A stretch of 64,000 nucleotides of DNA, taken from positions 13,843,948-13,907,947 of the forward strand of contig NC_057720.1 of NCBI RefSeq assembly GCF_004010195.1. The letters run 5' to 3'. Numbering within the stretch: position 1 is the stretch's first letter; every line of letters begins with the position of its first letter. Of this stretch, positions 51,691 through 64,000 are shown piece by piece. The notes beneath the pieces were generated by a model that saw nothing but the letters and a program-made list of their open reading frames with translations, was not told the origin of the DNA and did no database searches. The position numbers and the translations under genes were made by a program. The DNA is from Chiloscyllium plagiosum (taxonomy: Eukaryota).

Positions 51691-52610
51691 GTTCATCTAT
51701 TTTCTTGTGGTCTCGATGCAGGAACTTGGGTCAACAATGACAACATTTAAAAGGCATCAGGGGTGGTGGGTATGTGAATAGGAAGGGTTTAGAGAGATAG
51801 AGAACAACTGCTGGCAAATTGGACAAGATTAATTTGGGATATCTGTTCAGCATGGATGAATTGGACTGAGGGGTCTGTTTCTGTGCTGTACAACTTTATG
51901 ACTCTGTGACTCTAACTGGCTGTTTTACAAATCTCCAGAAGTAATGCCGGCTAAAGCCACAGCGGACTTTAAAGACGCCTCTCAAAGATGGCACCTCTGA
52001 CAATGTTGCACTTGCTCATGATTGCCAACTCAGTTTGTGGTGAGACTCTTACTCAATTTCTTGTGAATCAGATGGGCCCATGTTACTAATTCAAGAAGCA
52101 ACAAGATGACAATCTCTCTGACAACGCTGGATGAATTTTAAGGGCATCAAGACGAACGCCTCTATTAACTTCTTTGGCTGTTTTCAGGAGATAAAGTAGC
52201 CATTTTCCATCATCACCTGACTTGAAACAAGCATTTGTTTGTGAGCTAGACCTTGACTTTGTCCAATAATGCAAAATTGGACAGCACAGCTTCCTTCCCT
52301 TCCTCATTTTTCTGTCCATTTGGGAGATATGCAAAACGTAGTGTTAAGATCAACTTCTGTCTATTTTAGCGTGGATTTGTTAATGCAGAACTGCTACATT
52401 TCTGTGGATTCCAGGCCAAAACCAGAAGTAGTACAGGGTGTAAAGTGGCAAATCATTTCCTTCCTGTGTGAGTTATTGACTAATATGTGCGCATGCACAG
52501 ACTCTTTTACAGTCAGAGGCACAACTCGATATATTATTGTATAAAATCATCAGTTTCTTGTTGGATTACATTGTTCCCTGCTGTAATTTCTACTTGATTA
52601 TTCTTCACAG

Positions 52611-53070
52611 ATGGTTTACCAGGCAGCAATGAACACCATGTTCTTACATTCTTTGAAGATTTCAACCTACAGCAGGGACCTCAGAGCACTGGAGGAGGAC
52701 CATCACTGCCGCCTTCCCAAGACCCTCTCCATGCAATGGCACAAAAGGCAGGCCAACAGTAATGTCCTCTCCCAGACCCTCTCCCAGACCCACTTCACCA
52801 GAAGGGCTCATGCCCGAAACGTCGATTCTCCTGCTCCTTGGATGCTGCCTGACCTGCTGCGCTTTTCCAGCAACACATTTTCAACTTTACCAGGCCATCA
52901 CTCAAAACCTATTCTGCCGGACAGGACATGCCATTCATGTCCCCGAAACCAGGCTCCTAAAACTTACCAGACCGTGTGGAAGTTGTTCATGGCAGGAGAT
53001 TCCCATGCTCCTAAAACTTACCAGACCGTGTGGAAGTTGTTCATGGCAGGAGATTCCCATGCTGTCGTCC
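52611..53070 (+). mobile_element. RTE/BovB-like LINE C-terminal fragment, interrupted by a Penelope terminus (about 52795-52885), with a 54-bp tandem duplication
   Basis: MVYQAA...TYSRDLRALEEDHHCRLPKTLSMQW...NSNVLSQ and GHAIHVPETRLLK resemble the RTE C-terminus. Confidence 0.6.
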
Positions 53071-53691
53071 CGTCCCTTGGCACCTGTCCTGTGTCCAGAA
53101 ATGATTTTTGAAATTTCCTGCAATCTTTTCCCTTGCCTCCCTCAAGAGCATCAGCTGGGCCTGAAGATGTATGCAATTTTAAGCCCCTAAAGCCATCAAT
53201 ACCTCGTCCCTTCTCAATGCTATTTTGTTGTGGGTTATCTCAGTTTCCATCTCACCCTCCCGCCACCCCCACAGTTCTGTTGAGCTCCGAACCCTGAACT
53301 AGCTATGCCATTAGCCAAGTTGTTCCAGTAACAGCAATGACATTGGCATCTGGCCAGCGATGTGGAAAATTGCCCAGGTATCTCCCATTTATAAAGAAGC
53401 AGGACAAATCCAACCCAGCCTATTAGCACTCCATAGGTCTACTTCCAATCACCAGCAAAGTGCTGGAAAGTGTCAATGACAGTGCTATGATGTGGCAACA
53501 TATGCGGATCTGCACTCCACCATTAAAGATTTATTGACAGATATCTGAATGGATGATGTTCGACACAGGAACCTAAACCAAATTAGCCTTCTCACAGTAT
53601 TCCTTAATGGACTTTGTTAAGACATTTTCACAGTATTTCTATAAGGTCAAATTCAACAATTTGACAAGACTGGGAGAACCAGTCTCGTTAC

Positions 53692-53861
53692 AAAGTTAAA
53701 AATCACACAACACCAGGTTATAGTCCAACAGGTTTAATTGGAAGCACACTAGCATTCGGGGCGACGCTCCTTCATCACCTGATTAAACCTGTTGGACTAT
53801 AACCTGGTGTTGTGTGATTTTTAACTTTGTACACCCCAGTCCAACACCGGCATCTCCAAAT
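53692..53861. mobile_element. Palindromic mini-element (family C) with 12-bp TSD
   Basis: Inverted arms of about 50 bp. cagtctcgttac at 53680-53691 and 53862-53873. Confidence 0.85.
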
Positions 53862-54684
53862 CAGTCTCGTTACCACGGTGATATGCAGTGTTTATCAGTA
53901 ACAAAAGCCAAGCTAAAAGGTAAGGTGGTTGCTTTCAAACAAAAGCATTTCATATCATTGTGAAAAGATAGCTCCTGAAAGGCCAGACATTGTTCCATTA
54001 CATTTGCACAGCTGAAAGTATTTGGTTTGAAGCCTTGTGTTCACACCTTAAAGAGAACAAAATTGATTGACAGATTTCATAAACTTGGATTATTCTTTAT
54101 TCTCATTGACTCAATCACAAATACAGCAATCTCCGTTCCCATCTTTATAGCCCTCGGCACTCACATCCTAGCTTTTAAAATTTAATCATTGGATGTGAGC
54201 ACCACTGGCAAGGCCATTGTTTATTGCCTATCCTTAATTGCTCTTGAGAAGAAGTTTGTGAGATACCTTCTCGATCCACTATGTTGTTGCTGGACCCACA
54301 GGGCTGTTTGAGGATTTTGACGCAATGACAGTGAAGGAACAGAGATATTGTCCCAACCGGGATGGTTTTTGGCTTGAAAGAAACCTGTATGTACCTGTAT
54401 AAATATTGATAGAACTGCAAATGCTGGAAATCAGAAACAAAAGCAGAACTTGCTGGCCTGCTTCCACACTGTAGGGATTCTATGATTCTATTCACAATAT
54501 ACATTGATGATCTGGATGAAGAAACTGAGGGCATTGTTCCAATTAAGAATATACTGGTGGCCATGAAACCATTACAAATTGTCGTGAAAACTAATCTGTC
54601 TCATTAATGACTTTCAGGGAAGGAAATCTGCCACCCTCACCTGGTCTAGCCAACGTGTGACTCCAGACCCACAGCAAGAGGGTT

Positions 54685-55320
54685 CCGTGCTGGGTCCCTT
54701 ATTATTCATGACTTATATAAAGGATGTGGGTGAGAATGTGGGGGTAGGGTGATAGGTAAGTTTGCAGATGGCACAATGATTGGCTGCGTGGTTAATAGTG
54801 CGGAAAAAAGTCTTAGGTTGCAGAGGGTTGTAAATGAATTGGTTCGATGGTCAGAGCAGTCGTAGATGGAATTCAACGCTGAAAAAAATGGTGTTGCACT
54901 TTGGAAGAAATAGCAAGGCAAGGGAATACTCAATGACTGGCAGAATACTAGGAAGCTCGGAGGAACAGAGGGTCTTGGGTGCTTGTCTACAGATCCCTGA
55001 AGGTGGCAGGACAGGTTGATAGGTTTGTTAAGAAGGTACAAGGGATGATTGCCTTTACCATTCGTGCTGAAAATGTGTTGCTAGAAAAGCGCAGCAGGCC
55101 AGGCATTCGTGGCATGGATTATAAGGGTAGGCAGGCCATATTGGAGTTGTACATGACTTCGGTTAGGCCATAGAGAGAGAACCAGTCTGGTCTGCAGTCA
55201 CCACACTATAGGAAGGACGTGATTGCACTGGAGGGGATGCAGGGGAGATTCACCAAGATGATATCTGTGATGCAGCAGTTTAGCTCCAGGGGAAAGGATG
55301 GCAATGCTCGAGTTGTTTTT
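54685..55320 (+). mobile_element. Old CR1 RT fragment
   Basis: GSVLGP, KFADGT, LHFGRN, EQRVLG. Confidence 0.75.
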
Positions 55321-56227
55321 GTTAGAGTATTAGGGCAGGTGATGGCCTTGCAGTGTTATCACTAGGCAATTAATCCAGAGCCTCAGCTAATGCTCTGTGG
55401 AGCTTGGGTTCAAATCTCACTCGGCAGATGGTAAGGTTTGAATTTTTGAATTCAATTTTAAACAATCTGGAATTAAGAATCTACTGATGACAATGAAGCT
55501 GTTGTCAATTTTTCAGAAAAGCTCATCACTAATGTCCTTCAAAGAAGGAAATCTGCCATCCTCACCTGGTCTGGCCGACATGTGACTTGACACCCACAGC
55601 AAAGTGTTTGATTCTCAACTGCCCTCTGAAATGGCCTAGCACACCATTCAGTTGTATCAACTGTTATAAAGTCTGAAAGAATTGGAACTGGATGGACCAG
55701 TTACATTTATTTCTGCACCGGAAAAGACAATGACAGAAACAGCCCTGTCAACCCTGCAAAGTCCTCCTCATTAACATCTGGGGTTAGTGCCAAAATTGGG
55801 GGAGCTGTCTCACAGCCTTGTCAAGCAATAGCCTGACATAGTCACACTCACAGAATCATACCACACAGACAATATCCCTGACACCACCATCACCATCCCT
55901 GGATATGTCCTATCCCACTGGCAGGACAGACCCAGCAGATCTGATGGCACAGTAGGTATACAGTTGGGAGGGAGTTACCCTGGTGGTCCTCATCAATCTC
56001 ATGGCTTCAGGTTAAACATGGGCAAAGAAACATCCTGCTAATTACCATGCATCATCTTCCCTCAGCTGATGAATCGATATTCCTCCATGTTGAACAACAC
56101 TTGAAAGAAGTTCGAAGAATGGCAAGGACAAAAAACGTACTCTGGGTGGGGGGTTTCAATGTCTACCATTGAGACAGACTTCGCAGCAGCACTATTGATC
56201 GAACTGGCCGAGTTCTAAAGGACATAA

Positions 56228-56556
56228 CAGTGGCCCACTGGTTAGCACTGCTGCCTCACAGCACCAGGGACTTGGGTTAGATTCCAGCCCCTGGCGACTG
56301 TCTATGTGGTGTTTGCACATTTTCCCTGGGTCTGTGTGGGTTTCCTCTGGGTGCTCCGGTTTCCTCCCACAATCCAAAGATGTGTAGGTTAGTGAATTGG
56401 CCATGCTAAATTGCCCCATAGTATCCAGAAATGTGTAGATTTGATGCACTCGTCAGCCGAAATGTAGGGGAATGGGTCTGATTGGATTACTCTTCAGAGG
56501 GTCAGTGTGGACTTGTTGGGCCTAATGGCCTGTTTCCACACTGTAGGGATTCTATG
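56228..56556 (+). mobile_element. HE1-type V-SINE
   Basis: Full copy with ataac duplicated on both sides. Confidence 0.85.
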
Positions 56557-57219
56557 ATAACTGCTAAACTGGGCCTACAGCAGGTGGTGAGGGAAACAAC
56601 AAAAGGGAAAAACATCCTTTCCAATCTGCCAACTGCAGATGCATCTGTCCAGGACAGCATCAGGAAGAGTGACCACTGCACAGTCTGTGTGGAGAAAATG
56701 TTCCACCTTCACAACCTCCATTATATTATGTGGCACTATCACCATGTTAAATGGGACAGACTTTGAACAGATCTAGCAACTCAAAATTGGGCGTTCATGA
56801 GGCACTGTGGGCCACCAACAGCAGCAGAATTGTACTTCAGGCCAATCTGTAACCACGTGGCCTGGTATATACCTTACTCAACCATTACCATCAATCCAGG
56901 GGATCAACCCTGGTTCAACGGGCAGAAGGCAAGCCAGGAACAGCACCAGGCATACCTGAAAATGAGGTGTCAACCCGGTGAAGCTACTAAACAGGATTAC
57001 TTGCAGGACAAACAGCATAAGTGGCAGCTGATAGAGCTAAGCAATTCCACAACCAATGGATCAGATCTGAGCTCTGCAATCCTGCCACATCCAGTCATGA
57101 ATAGTAGTGGACAATTCAACAACTCACTGGAGGAGGGGGCTCCACAAATATCCCCTTCCTCAGTGATGGAAGAGCCCAGCACATCAGTGGAATAACCAGA
57201 AGTTATTCCACTGCTAGGA

Positions 57220-57291
57220 CAAATGTTCGGCACAACATCGTGGGCCAAAGGGCCTGTTCTGTGCTGTATTGTTCTATGTTCTATGTTCTCT
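57220..57291 (+). mobile_element. Extremely 5'-truncated CR1 (3' UTR and tail only)
   Basis: Nearly identical to 203-268. Confidence 0.85.
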
Positions 57292-58244
57292 AAGTGTCGA
57301 GTGGATGATTCATCTCTGCCTCCTCTAATGATCCCCAGCATCACAGATACCAGTCTTCAGCCAATTTGATCCACGTGATTGCAAGAAATACTAGATCCTG
57401 CAAAGACAATGGGCCCTAACAATGTTCCAGCAATAGTACTGAAGATTTGTGCTCCAGAACTTGCCATTCCTCTAGTCAAGCTGTTACAACACTGACATTT
57501 ACCCGACTACGTGGAAATTGCTTAGGTATGACCTGTACATAAAAAGCAGGACAAATTCAACCCAACAAATTACTACTCCGTCAGTCTACTATTGATCATC
57601 ACTAAAGTGATGGAAGGTGTCATCTACAGTGCTATCAAGCAGCACTCACTCAGCAATAACCTGCTCAGTGACGCCCAGTTTGGGTTCTGCCAGGGTCACT
57701 CAGCTCCTGACCTCATTACAGCCTTGGTTCAAACATGGACAAAAGAGCTGAATTCCAGAGGGGAGGTGGGAATGACAGCCCTTGACATCAAGGCTGTATT
57801 CGACCAAGTGTGGTATCAAAGAGCCTGAGCAAAACTGGAATCAATGGGTATCAGAGGGCAAGCTCTGCACTGGTTGGAGTCATAACTTACTACTGAACAC
57901 ATTACTCCCCCCAGCTAGTTACACCCCACCCCTCCTCTTGTGACTGGGTTGCTCTGTCATCCTTGGACCCTGATACGTGTTTTCCCAGTAGCAGCTTCCT
58001 CTGTGGCATTGCTGAGCACAAGAGCTGCCAACGCTTGATTAGCAAGGCAAGACTGTGGTCCCTAGGACTCCAGTCCAGGAGGAGGCCTGCAAGAGGTCTC
58101 AGTATAGCCTGATCCCTGGCCAAATTCCTGAAAAGTGGCAGCGTGTGTCTCTCATCAGCTCTCCAGCTATCAGGGGAGATCACCTGATGCAATGTAGCAG
58201 GTGTCTTCCAAATTATTAATTCATTGCACAAACAGAGCATTAGA

Positions 58245-58470
58245 AATAGAACAAAGAACATTACAGCACAGTACAGGCCCTTCGGCCCTCAATGTTGTGC
58301 TGACCTGTGGAACCAATCTGAAGCCGATCTAACCTACACTATTCCATTTTCATCCATATGTCTATCCAATGACTATTTAAATAACCTTAAAGTTGACGAG
58401 TCTATTACAGTTGCAGGCAGGCTGTTCCATGCCTCTACTACTCTCTGAGTAAAGAAACTACCTCTGACAT
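58245..58470 (-). mobile_element. CR1 3' end
   Basis: Same family as 45243-45420. Confidence 0.8.
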
Positions 58471-58614
58471 TTGCTAGCAATTGTGGCCATCCCTAACTGC
58501 CATTGAACTGAGTGGCTTGCTAAGCCATTTCAGAATACAGTTAAGAGTCAACTGTATTAGGCCAGGCTAAGTCAGGATGGAAGATTTCCTTCCCTAAAGG
58601 ATATTGATGAAGTA

Positions 58615-58947
58615 GAAAGGCTCCATCATCATCAACGACCGCTCCCACCATGTGTCTTCCAACATCTTCTGTCAGGCAGAAGTTACAGAAGCTTGAACAC
58701 ACACACCAACAGATTCAAGATCAGCTTCCTCCCTGCTGTTATTAGACTGCTGAATGGACCTCTCTAATTTTAAATAATGTTGATCTTGCTTTGTGTATCT
58801 CCTGTGCAGCTGTAACCTTGTATACCTCGCTCTGTCTAAGCACCCTTTGATCTATGGCCTTGCTGGCTATGAACTGCCTGTACTGCTCGCAAAACAAACC
58901 TTTTCACTGTACTTGGGTACATGTGACTACAATAAATCAAATCAAAT
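58615..58947 (+). mobile_element. Rex1-like 3' end inserted in a SINE
   Basis: HTNRFKISFLPAVIRLLN and an aataaatcaaatcaaat tail. Confidence 0.7.
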
Positions 58948-59169
58948 TGCAAACAAGGTGAGTTTTTGCAACTATCAGCGTAGTTATGGTCTCACCATTA
59001 ATAAGACTAGTTTTCAATTCCAGAATTATCCATTGAATCCAGATTCCACTAGCTGCCACTTGAACCTTTGAGGTCAGTGTGTTAACCTGGGTGTCTGGAT
59101 TTCTAGTCCAGTGATAGTAGCAAAGATCAACACTATCGCCATTACTTTTCCAGAACTTTATTAGGGAGT

Positions 59170-59790
59170 TAGGCTTAAGCGTACAGGGCACAATTTCAAA
59201 ATTTGCAGATGACTCAAAACTTGAAAATACAGCAAACAGTGAAGGCGCGAGTGAGCTAGTCCAAGAAAAACAGGAGCAGGTTGCTGGAATGGGTAGGCAC
59301 TTTATAAATGAAATTAAATACCGTGAAGGAAGTGATACTTTTTTCACATTGAACGAGGAGAGTCAATGTAAACTAAAGGCGATATTTTCAAAGGGGGTAC
59401 TTTAACGACAGACCTGGAGGGTCTTTGGGCTCAAGTCATTGAGGATGGTACAGCAAGCTGAGAAAGTGGTAAAAATAAACATATCGGATCCTGGGGGCTT
59501 CATAGATGCACAGAGAACAAAAACCAGATAATTCTGATGGAGCTGTACAAAACACTGGAGCACTGTGTCCAATCCTGGGCTCTGTAATTTAGGAAGAATC
59601 TGGAAAGCTTGGCTGGGCACTCAGTAAAGATAAATAAGCATGGTTTTATGGTGGAGAGACTTCAGTTACCTGGATAGATTGGTGACGCTGGGATCACTCC
59701 CCTGACAAAAGAGAAGGTTAAGAGGAGATTTCATGAGATTTGTTCAAACTCATATGCAGAATAGATCAAGAGAAACTGTTCCCATTGCTG
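59170..59790 (+). mobile_element. Old CR1 fragment
   Basis: ISKFADDSKL, ELYKTLEHCVQSW, RLRGDF. Confidence 0.7.
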
Positions 59791-60251
59791 TTAAGCAGAA
59801 AGGTTGACTCTGAGACAGTGAAAGGACATTGATGTGTGTTCAAGCTGAAAGACTGTGTGTGTGACTGCAGGGTGGTGTTTCCAAGCACTTGCTGCCCTTT
59901 ATTCAGTCAATTTGTTCATTATTAATCTTACCCATCCCTCATAAGGACACGAGACAGTATTTCCCTAACTATGAAAGCAATGGGCTTAATCAGCTCCCTC
60001 AAGATACCTTTTCATCTCAGAACTAACTAATCACTCCATCCTGTTTTGTGAATAATACAAATTAGCCGAATGTAGAAATGCTGACTTCTGGTTGCAGCAA
60101 TATAGCAACAACAGTAAGTGTAATACCATTGTCAAAAATTTAATGCAGTTCTGGGCTGTGAGGCTGTTTTACAGCAGACAACTGTGTCAGCTATGGTTCA
60201 GGGAATAGCTTTTTCACCTTGGAACTATAGGTTTATGGAGCCATACATTAT

Positions 60252-60575
60252 GGGTGGCATGGTGGCTCTGTGGTTAGCACTGCTGCCTCACAGCGCCAGG
60301 GACCCGAGTTTCATTCCACCCTCGAGTGACTTGCCTGTGTGGAGTTTGCACATTCTCCCCGTAACTGTGTGGGTTTCCTCTGGGTGCTCTGGCTTCCTCC
60401 CACAGTCCAGAGATGTGCAGGTTAGGTGGGTTGGCCATGCTAAATTTCCCCATAATGTTCAGGGATATGCAGGTTAAATTGATTAGCGATGGGAAATGTG
60501 TGAGATGATTTTCAGAGGGTCAGTGTGGACACGATGGGCCAAACGGCCTGCCAGTGCAGTGTAGGGATTCTAAGA
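60252..60575 (+). mobile_element. HE1-type V-SINE
   Basis: Head, V-domain and tail present. Confidence 0.85.
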
Positions 60576-61249
60576 TGGGAAAATGGGCCATTAACTCTCT
60601 AAGGCCTGTCTTTACACATTTGCCCAAAGTCAGGTTCTATCCGAGTGCCTTCTGAATAGAAACAAAAAACATAAGCTAGAATACTTCTGTGTTAAGCTTG
60701 GTCTCATTTGACTATATTCATTATCGGGTCACCTTGATTTTTTTGTAACCTGAATTTTCATCCACACAAGTGACTAGCTCATTCATGCGCCAAGTGTATG
60801 AGTCAACTGGGTGCTTCTGGTTAATGCTGCAAATGAGTGCATTTCCTCACGGTTGGTCCTTTCTTTGTTTCCAACAGCTGCTGTGCTATCAGCAACTTGC
60901 ATTTCATTAGGAGGATCAAAGGGACAGTAGTGCACAGAGTCAATTTATAATTAAGCAACAGCATATGCATACATGTACTGTGCTGCAACACTCAGAATTC
61001 GACAGGGAAACTGGAGGGACACACGGTAACTGTGTCCTTCACTCAGCTGAATTTCTGCAGTATGGCACACATATAAAGTTGTTCCTGCCTTTTGGTGTTA
61101 TGTACTGAAGCAAGTTCCACCTTTGAAGAGGCGAACAATGTTTGGTGTGTGTTTCAGCTTCGGGCTGGAACTATTGCTGTGTGAGATATAACAGCCAATT
61201 TTAACCCTGCCCTCCTTGCAATTTTTTTTATTGACTTGCAGAATAAGGC

Positions 61250-61562
61250 TATTTATTGCTATTTATTTCCCATCCCTAATTCCCTAGAAGACAGTTAACA
61301 GTCACATTACTAAAGGTCTGGAGTCATTTGTAGGCCAGACCAGATAAGGATGGCAGTTTCCTTCCCTAAAGGACATTAGTGAAACTGATGGGCTTTTCCC
61401 CAACAATTGGCAAATGGTTATAATTAGACTCAATTCCAGATTTTTATTGAATTCAAATGCCACCAATCTCCTGTGGCAGGATTTGGACCCAAGTCCCCAG
61501 CACATTACCTTGGTCCCTGGATTAACAGTCTCGCAATAATAGCATCAAACCATCACCTCCCC
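61250..61562 (-). mobile_element. Bipartite tRNA-headed SINE-like element
   Basis: Reverse complement begins gggaggtgatgg... like 55332 and ends with the LINE 3' tail. Confidence 0.75.
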
Positions 61563-62129
61563 TATAAGGGGAGATGTGAATTTAGGACAGATATAAACGA
61601 GGAGGTTACTTATCCATTTGGCATGTAACTCGTTCTCGAATTCCCGTTACAATCTACAAGAGTTATATACAGTTAGTGGATGAAATGACCATCCCAGAGC
61701 AGGAAGCAGGGTGACAACTATGTGATGTTATGAAAGTTGCCCTCTTAAGATGTTAAAAATGACCATGATTGGACACTAACTGGGGCATGAATGCAGAGAG
61801 ATCATCACAGCAGATTGAAGCAAGCCGTCAGACAAGATGAAATCCTCAGAGGATGGTGCACAAAACAACCCCTTAAAAGAAGAAGCAGGAACTTCCCTTT
61901 GATGGGGTTGGGGGTGGAGGTCACATTGAGAAAGTCATGGGATCCCCTGTCCCAGACCTGCCCCTGTTCTAGCTCCTTGAAACTTACACATTGAGTAAGT
62001 GTTTACTTTAGTTCTGGCTAAAGGCCTGTAGCTGTGCAAACTTTCTCTTCAATGAATAATTTATCAGATATTTGGAAGAACTGGGCCAAAGTGATGGGCT
62101 GAATGGCCTCTTTCTGTTCTGTGCCCTCA

Positions 62130-62435
62130 TGGAGGTAGTCTTTTGGTAATGCCACAGGACGACTAGTTGATGTTCTGGGGACATGGATTTGAATCTTTCT
62201 TCACGGTGATAGAATTCTGGAATTAAAATAATTAGCCTAAGAGTGACCATGTAACCGTTGCCAATTGTTATAAAAACTCATCTGGTTCATTAATGGCCTT
62301 TAGGGAAGCAAGTTTATTGTCCTTACCTAGTCTGGCCGACATGTGACTCCAAACCCACAGCAATAGGGCAACTGGGATTGGTAATAACTGCTGGCCTAGC
62401 TAATGACACCTACATCCCATGAACTGATAAAAAAA
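62130..62435 (+). mobile_element. Bipartite SINE-like element
   Basis: gttctggggacatggatttgaatc...ctggccgacatgtgactcc...ggcaactgggattggtaataa...cccatgaactgataaaaaaa. Confidence 0.7.
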
Positions 62436-62704
62436 ATAATCTGATGATTTTACCCACCAAGTAGATGCAGCATTCCACTTGTCTCGTGTAGTGGATGACC
62501 AGGAGAATGCAGGCAAGGCCCGGAAGTTAGAATACCCGAGACCTGAAACTTAGGCCGAGGAGTGTACTTTGCTGACTCCCCCTCCCCTCACTTCACTTCC
62601 CATCAACCTCCCTGAAGAATGCATAGGGTTGAAGCTATCCCCAATTCCATCACACAGGAGCCCCTCAAATTATGTACAAGTGGGTAATGACCGAGTGGTG
62701 CTAT

Positions 62705-63028
62705 TAGATTAGATTAGATTACATTACATTACAGTGTGGAAACAGGCCCTTCGGCCCAACAAGTCCACACAAACCCGCTGAAGTGTAACCCACCCATACC
62801 CCTACATTTACCTCTTACCTAACACTACGGGCAATTTAGCATGGCCAATTCACCTGACCTGCACATCTTTGGACTGTGGGAGGAAACCGGAGCACCCAGA
62901 GGAAACCCACGCAGACACGGGGAGAATGTGCAAACTCCACACAGTCAGTCGCCTGAGGCGGGAATTGAACCCGGGTCTCTGGCGCTGTGAGGCAGCAGTG
63001 CTAACCACTGTGCCACCATGCCGCCCAC
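62705..63028 (-). mobile_element. Young HE1-type V-SINE inserted in the head of a bipartite SINE
   Basis: Near-consensus copy, CpGs retained, (ctaat)n tail. Confidence 0.9.
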
Positions 63029-63039
63029 AAATTATTTGA

Positions 63040-63345
63040 TTATTATCCAGAGATCCTGGTAATGCTCTGGGGACCTGGGTTCACATCCTGCTACTGCAAA
63101 TGGTGGAATTTGAATTCAGTAATAACCTGGGAATAAGAGTCTAAGTGGTGGGAAAATCCATCCAGTTCACTAATTCCCTTTTGGGAAGGAAATCTGCCAT
63201 CCTTACCTTGTCAGGTCTACATGTGACTCCAGGCACACAGTCACCCACATGTGACTGACTCTTATCTGCACTCTAGGCAATTAGAGATGGGCAATAAATG
63301 CTGGCCTGGTCAGTGATGCCCTCATCCTGTGAATGAATAAAAGAA
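63040..63345 (+). mobile_element. Bipartite SINE-like element (head begins at about 62681)
   Basis: The LINE 5' UTR sequence joins directly to ggcaattagagatgggcaataaatgctggcc...gaatgaataaaa. Confidence 0.75.
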
Positions 63346-64000
63346 ATGTAGAATTGTTGTCAACTGAATAAGAAATTATGGTCGGAGGTTGATAAGAGCC
63401 TAATATTTTTCATGTGCTCTTACTCAGCACTTCATGGTACCAATGGGACAGACTGAGAGGTACATTATAAATCAAGCACACAGAGCTACTGTGCGCAGAC
63501 TGCACTAATGCATCACCTGGAAAGCACAACAGAGCATTGTGATTATCTGACTCACTGGGATTCATTTCACTGACACTTAAAAAATCTAAACTACTTGACT
63601 TTCATTGACAAAAACGCAAGTTACTGGAAATGTTCAGCAGGTCTGGCAGCATCCATGGAGAGAAATCGGAGTTAGTGTTTCTGGTTGAGTGACCCTTCCT
63701 CAGGACTGCTGAACTTTTCCAGCAATGTCTGTTTTTGTTTCTGAGTCACAGCATGCACAGTTCTTTTCGGTTTTGACTATCATTAACAACTGTCTTTGAA
63801 CTTGGCTTCAGGTGTCAAAATGCAATTGCTGTTGGTTGTTCATTGCAGTAAACATTGGGTGCAGATGAGATCAGGCTGAGCAATGACTGGCTTCTTCCTC
63901 CCCTTACCTCACCCCATGCCATTCCCACCGTGAGAATGAAGGACTTTTGCCCGAAATGTCGATTTTCCTGCTCCTCAGATGCTGCCTGAACTGTTGTGCT

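Larger units (their letters stand above)
55332..57885 (+). mobile_element. Second LINE family (CR1-group, possibly Zenon-like): tRNA-like head, 5' UTR, degraded APE-RT, 3' truncated
   Basis: LVPKLGELSHSLVKQ*PDIVTLTESY, NVLWVGGFNV, KSDHCTV, QFGFCQGHSAPDL, ALDIKAVFDQVW. Nested HE1 and CR1 tail. Confidence 0.85.

Noticed and set aside
52953..53062. 54-bp direct repeat as a CRISPR-like or functional array
   Set aside because: Two adjacent identical copies with no spacer. It is a simple tandem duplication in a decayed RTE, in a eukaryotic context
57902..58261. 119-aa minus-strand ORF
   Set aside because: It starts inside a CR1 tail and has no recognisable homology
62960..63028. HE1 heads as tRNA genes
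   Set aside because: They are tRNA-derived SINE heads continuous with the V-domain and tail

Overview
Eukaryotic, repeat-dominated genomic DNA. The repeat content (HE1/V-SINE copies, abundant CR1/HER1-type LINEs, Penelope-like elements) points to a cartilaginous fish, probably a shark. I found no host protein-coding exon. The ORFs I could recognise are degraded retroelement fragments: CR1 APE/RT, Penelope RT/GIY-YIG, Rex1, RTE and a second APE-RT LINE. The rest look like chance ORFs. There are four assembly gaps. Highlights: (1) a 5' U2 snRNA fragment lacking the branch-point recognition sequence, fused to the 5' UTR and ORF1 start of a Tx1/Keno-like LINE at a non-U2 locus; (2) minimal hammerhead-ribozyme motifs with covarying stems in at least four Penelope-related repeat families; (3) ORF-less hairpin mini-elements built from these ribozyme termini and flanked by 12-16 bp target-site duplications (TSDs); (4) an ORF1-less LINE that begins with a tRNA-like Pol III head and has a bipartite SINE-like derivative; (5) a tRNA-Phe pseudogene and several unusual retrotransposition junctions. 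Repeat boundaries were set by eye and are approximate. Family names come from recognising motifs, not from a database search.
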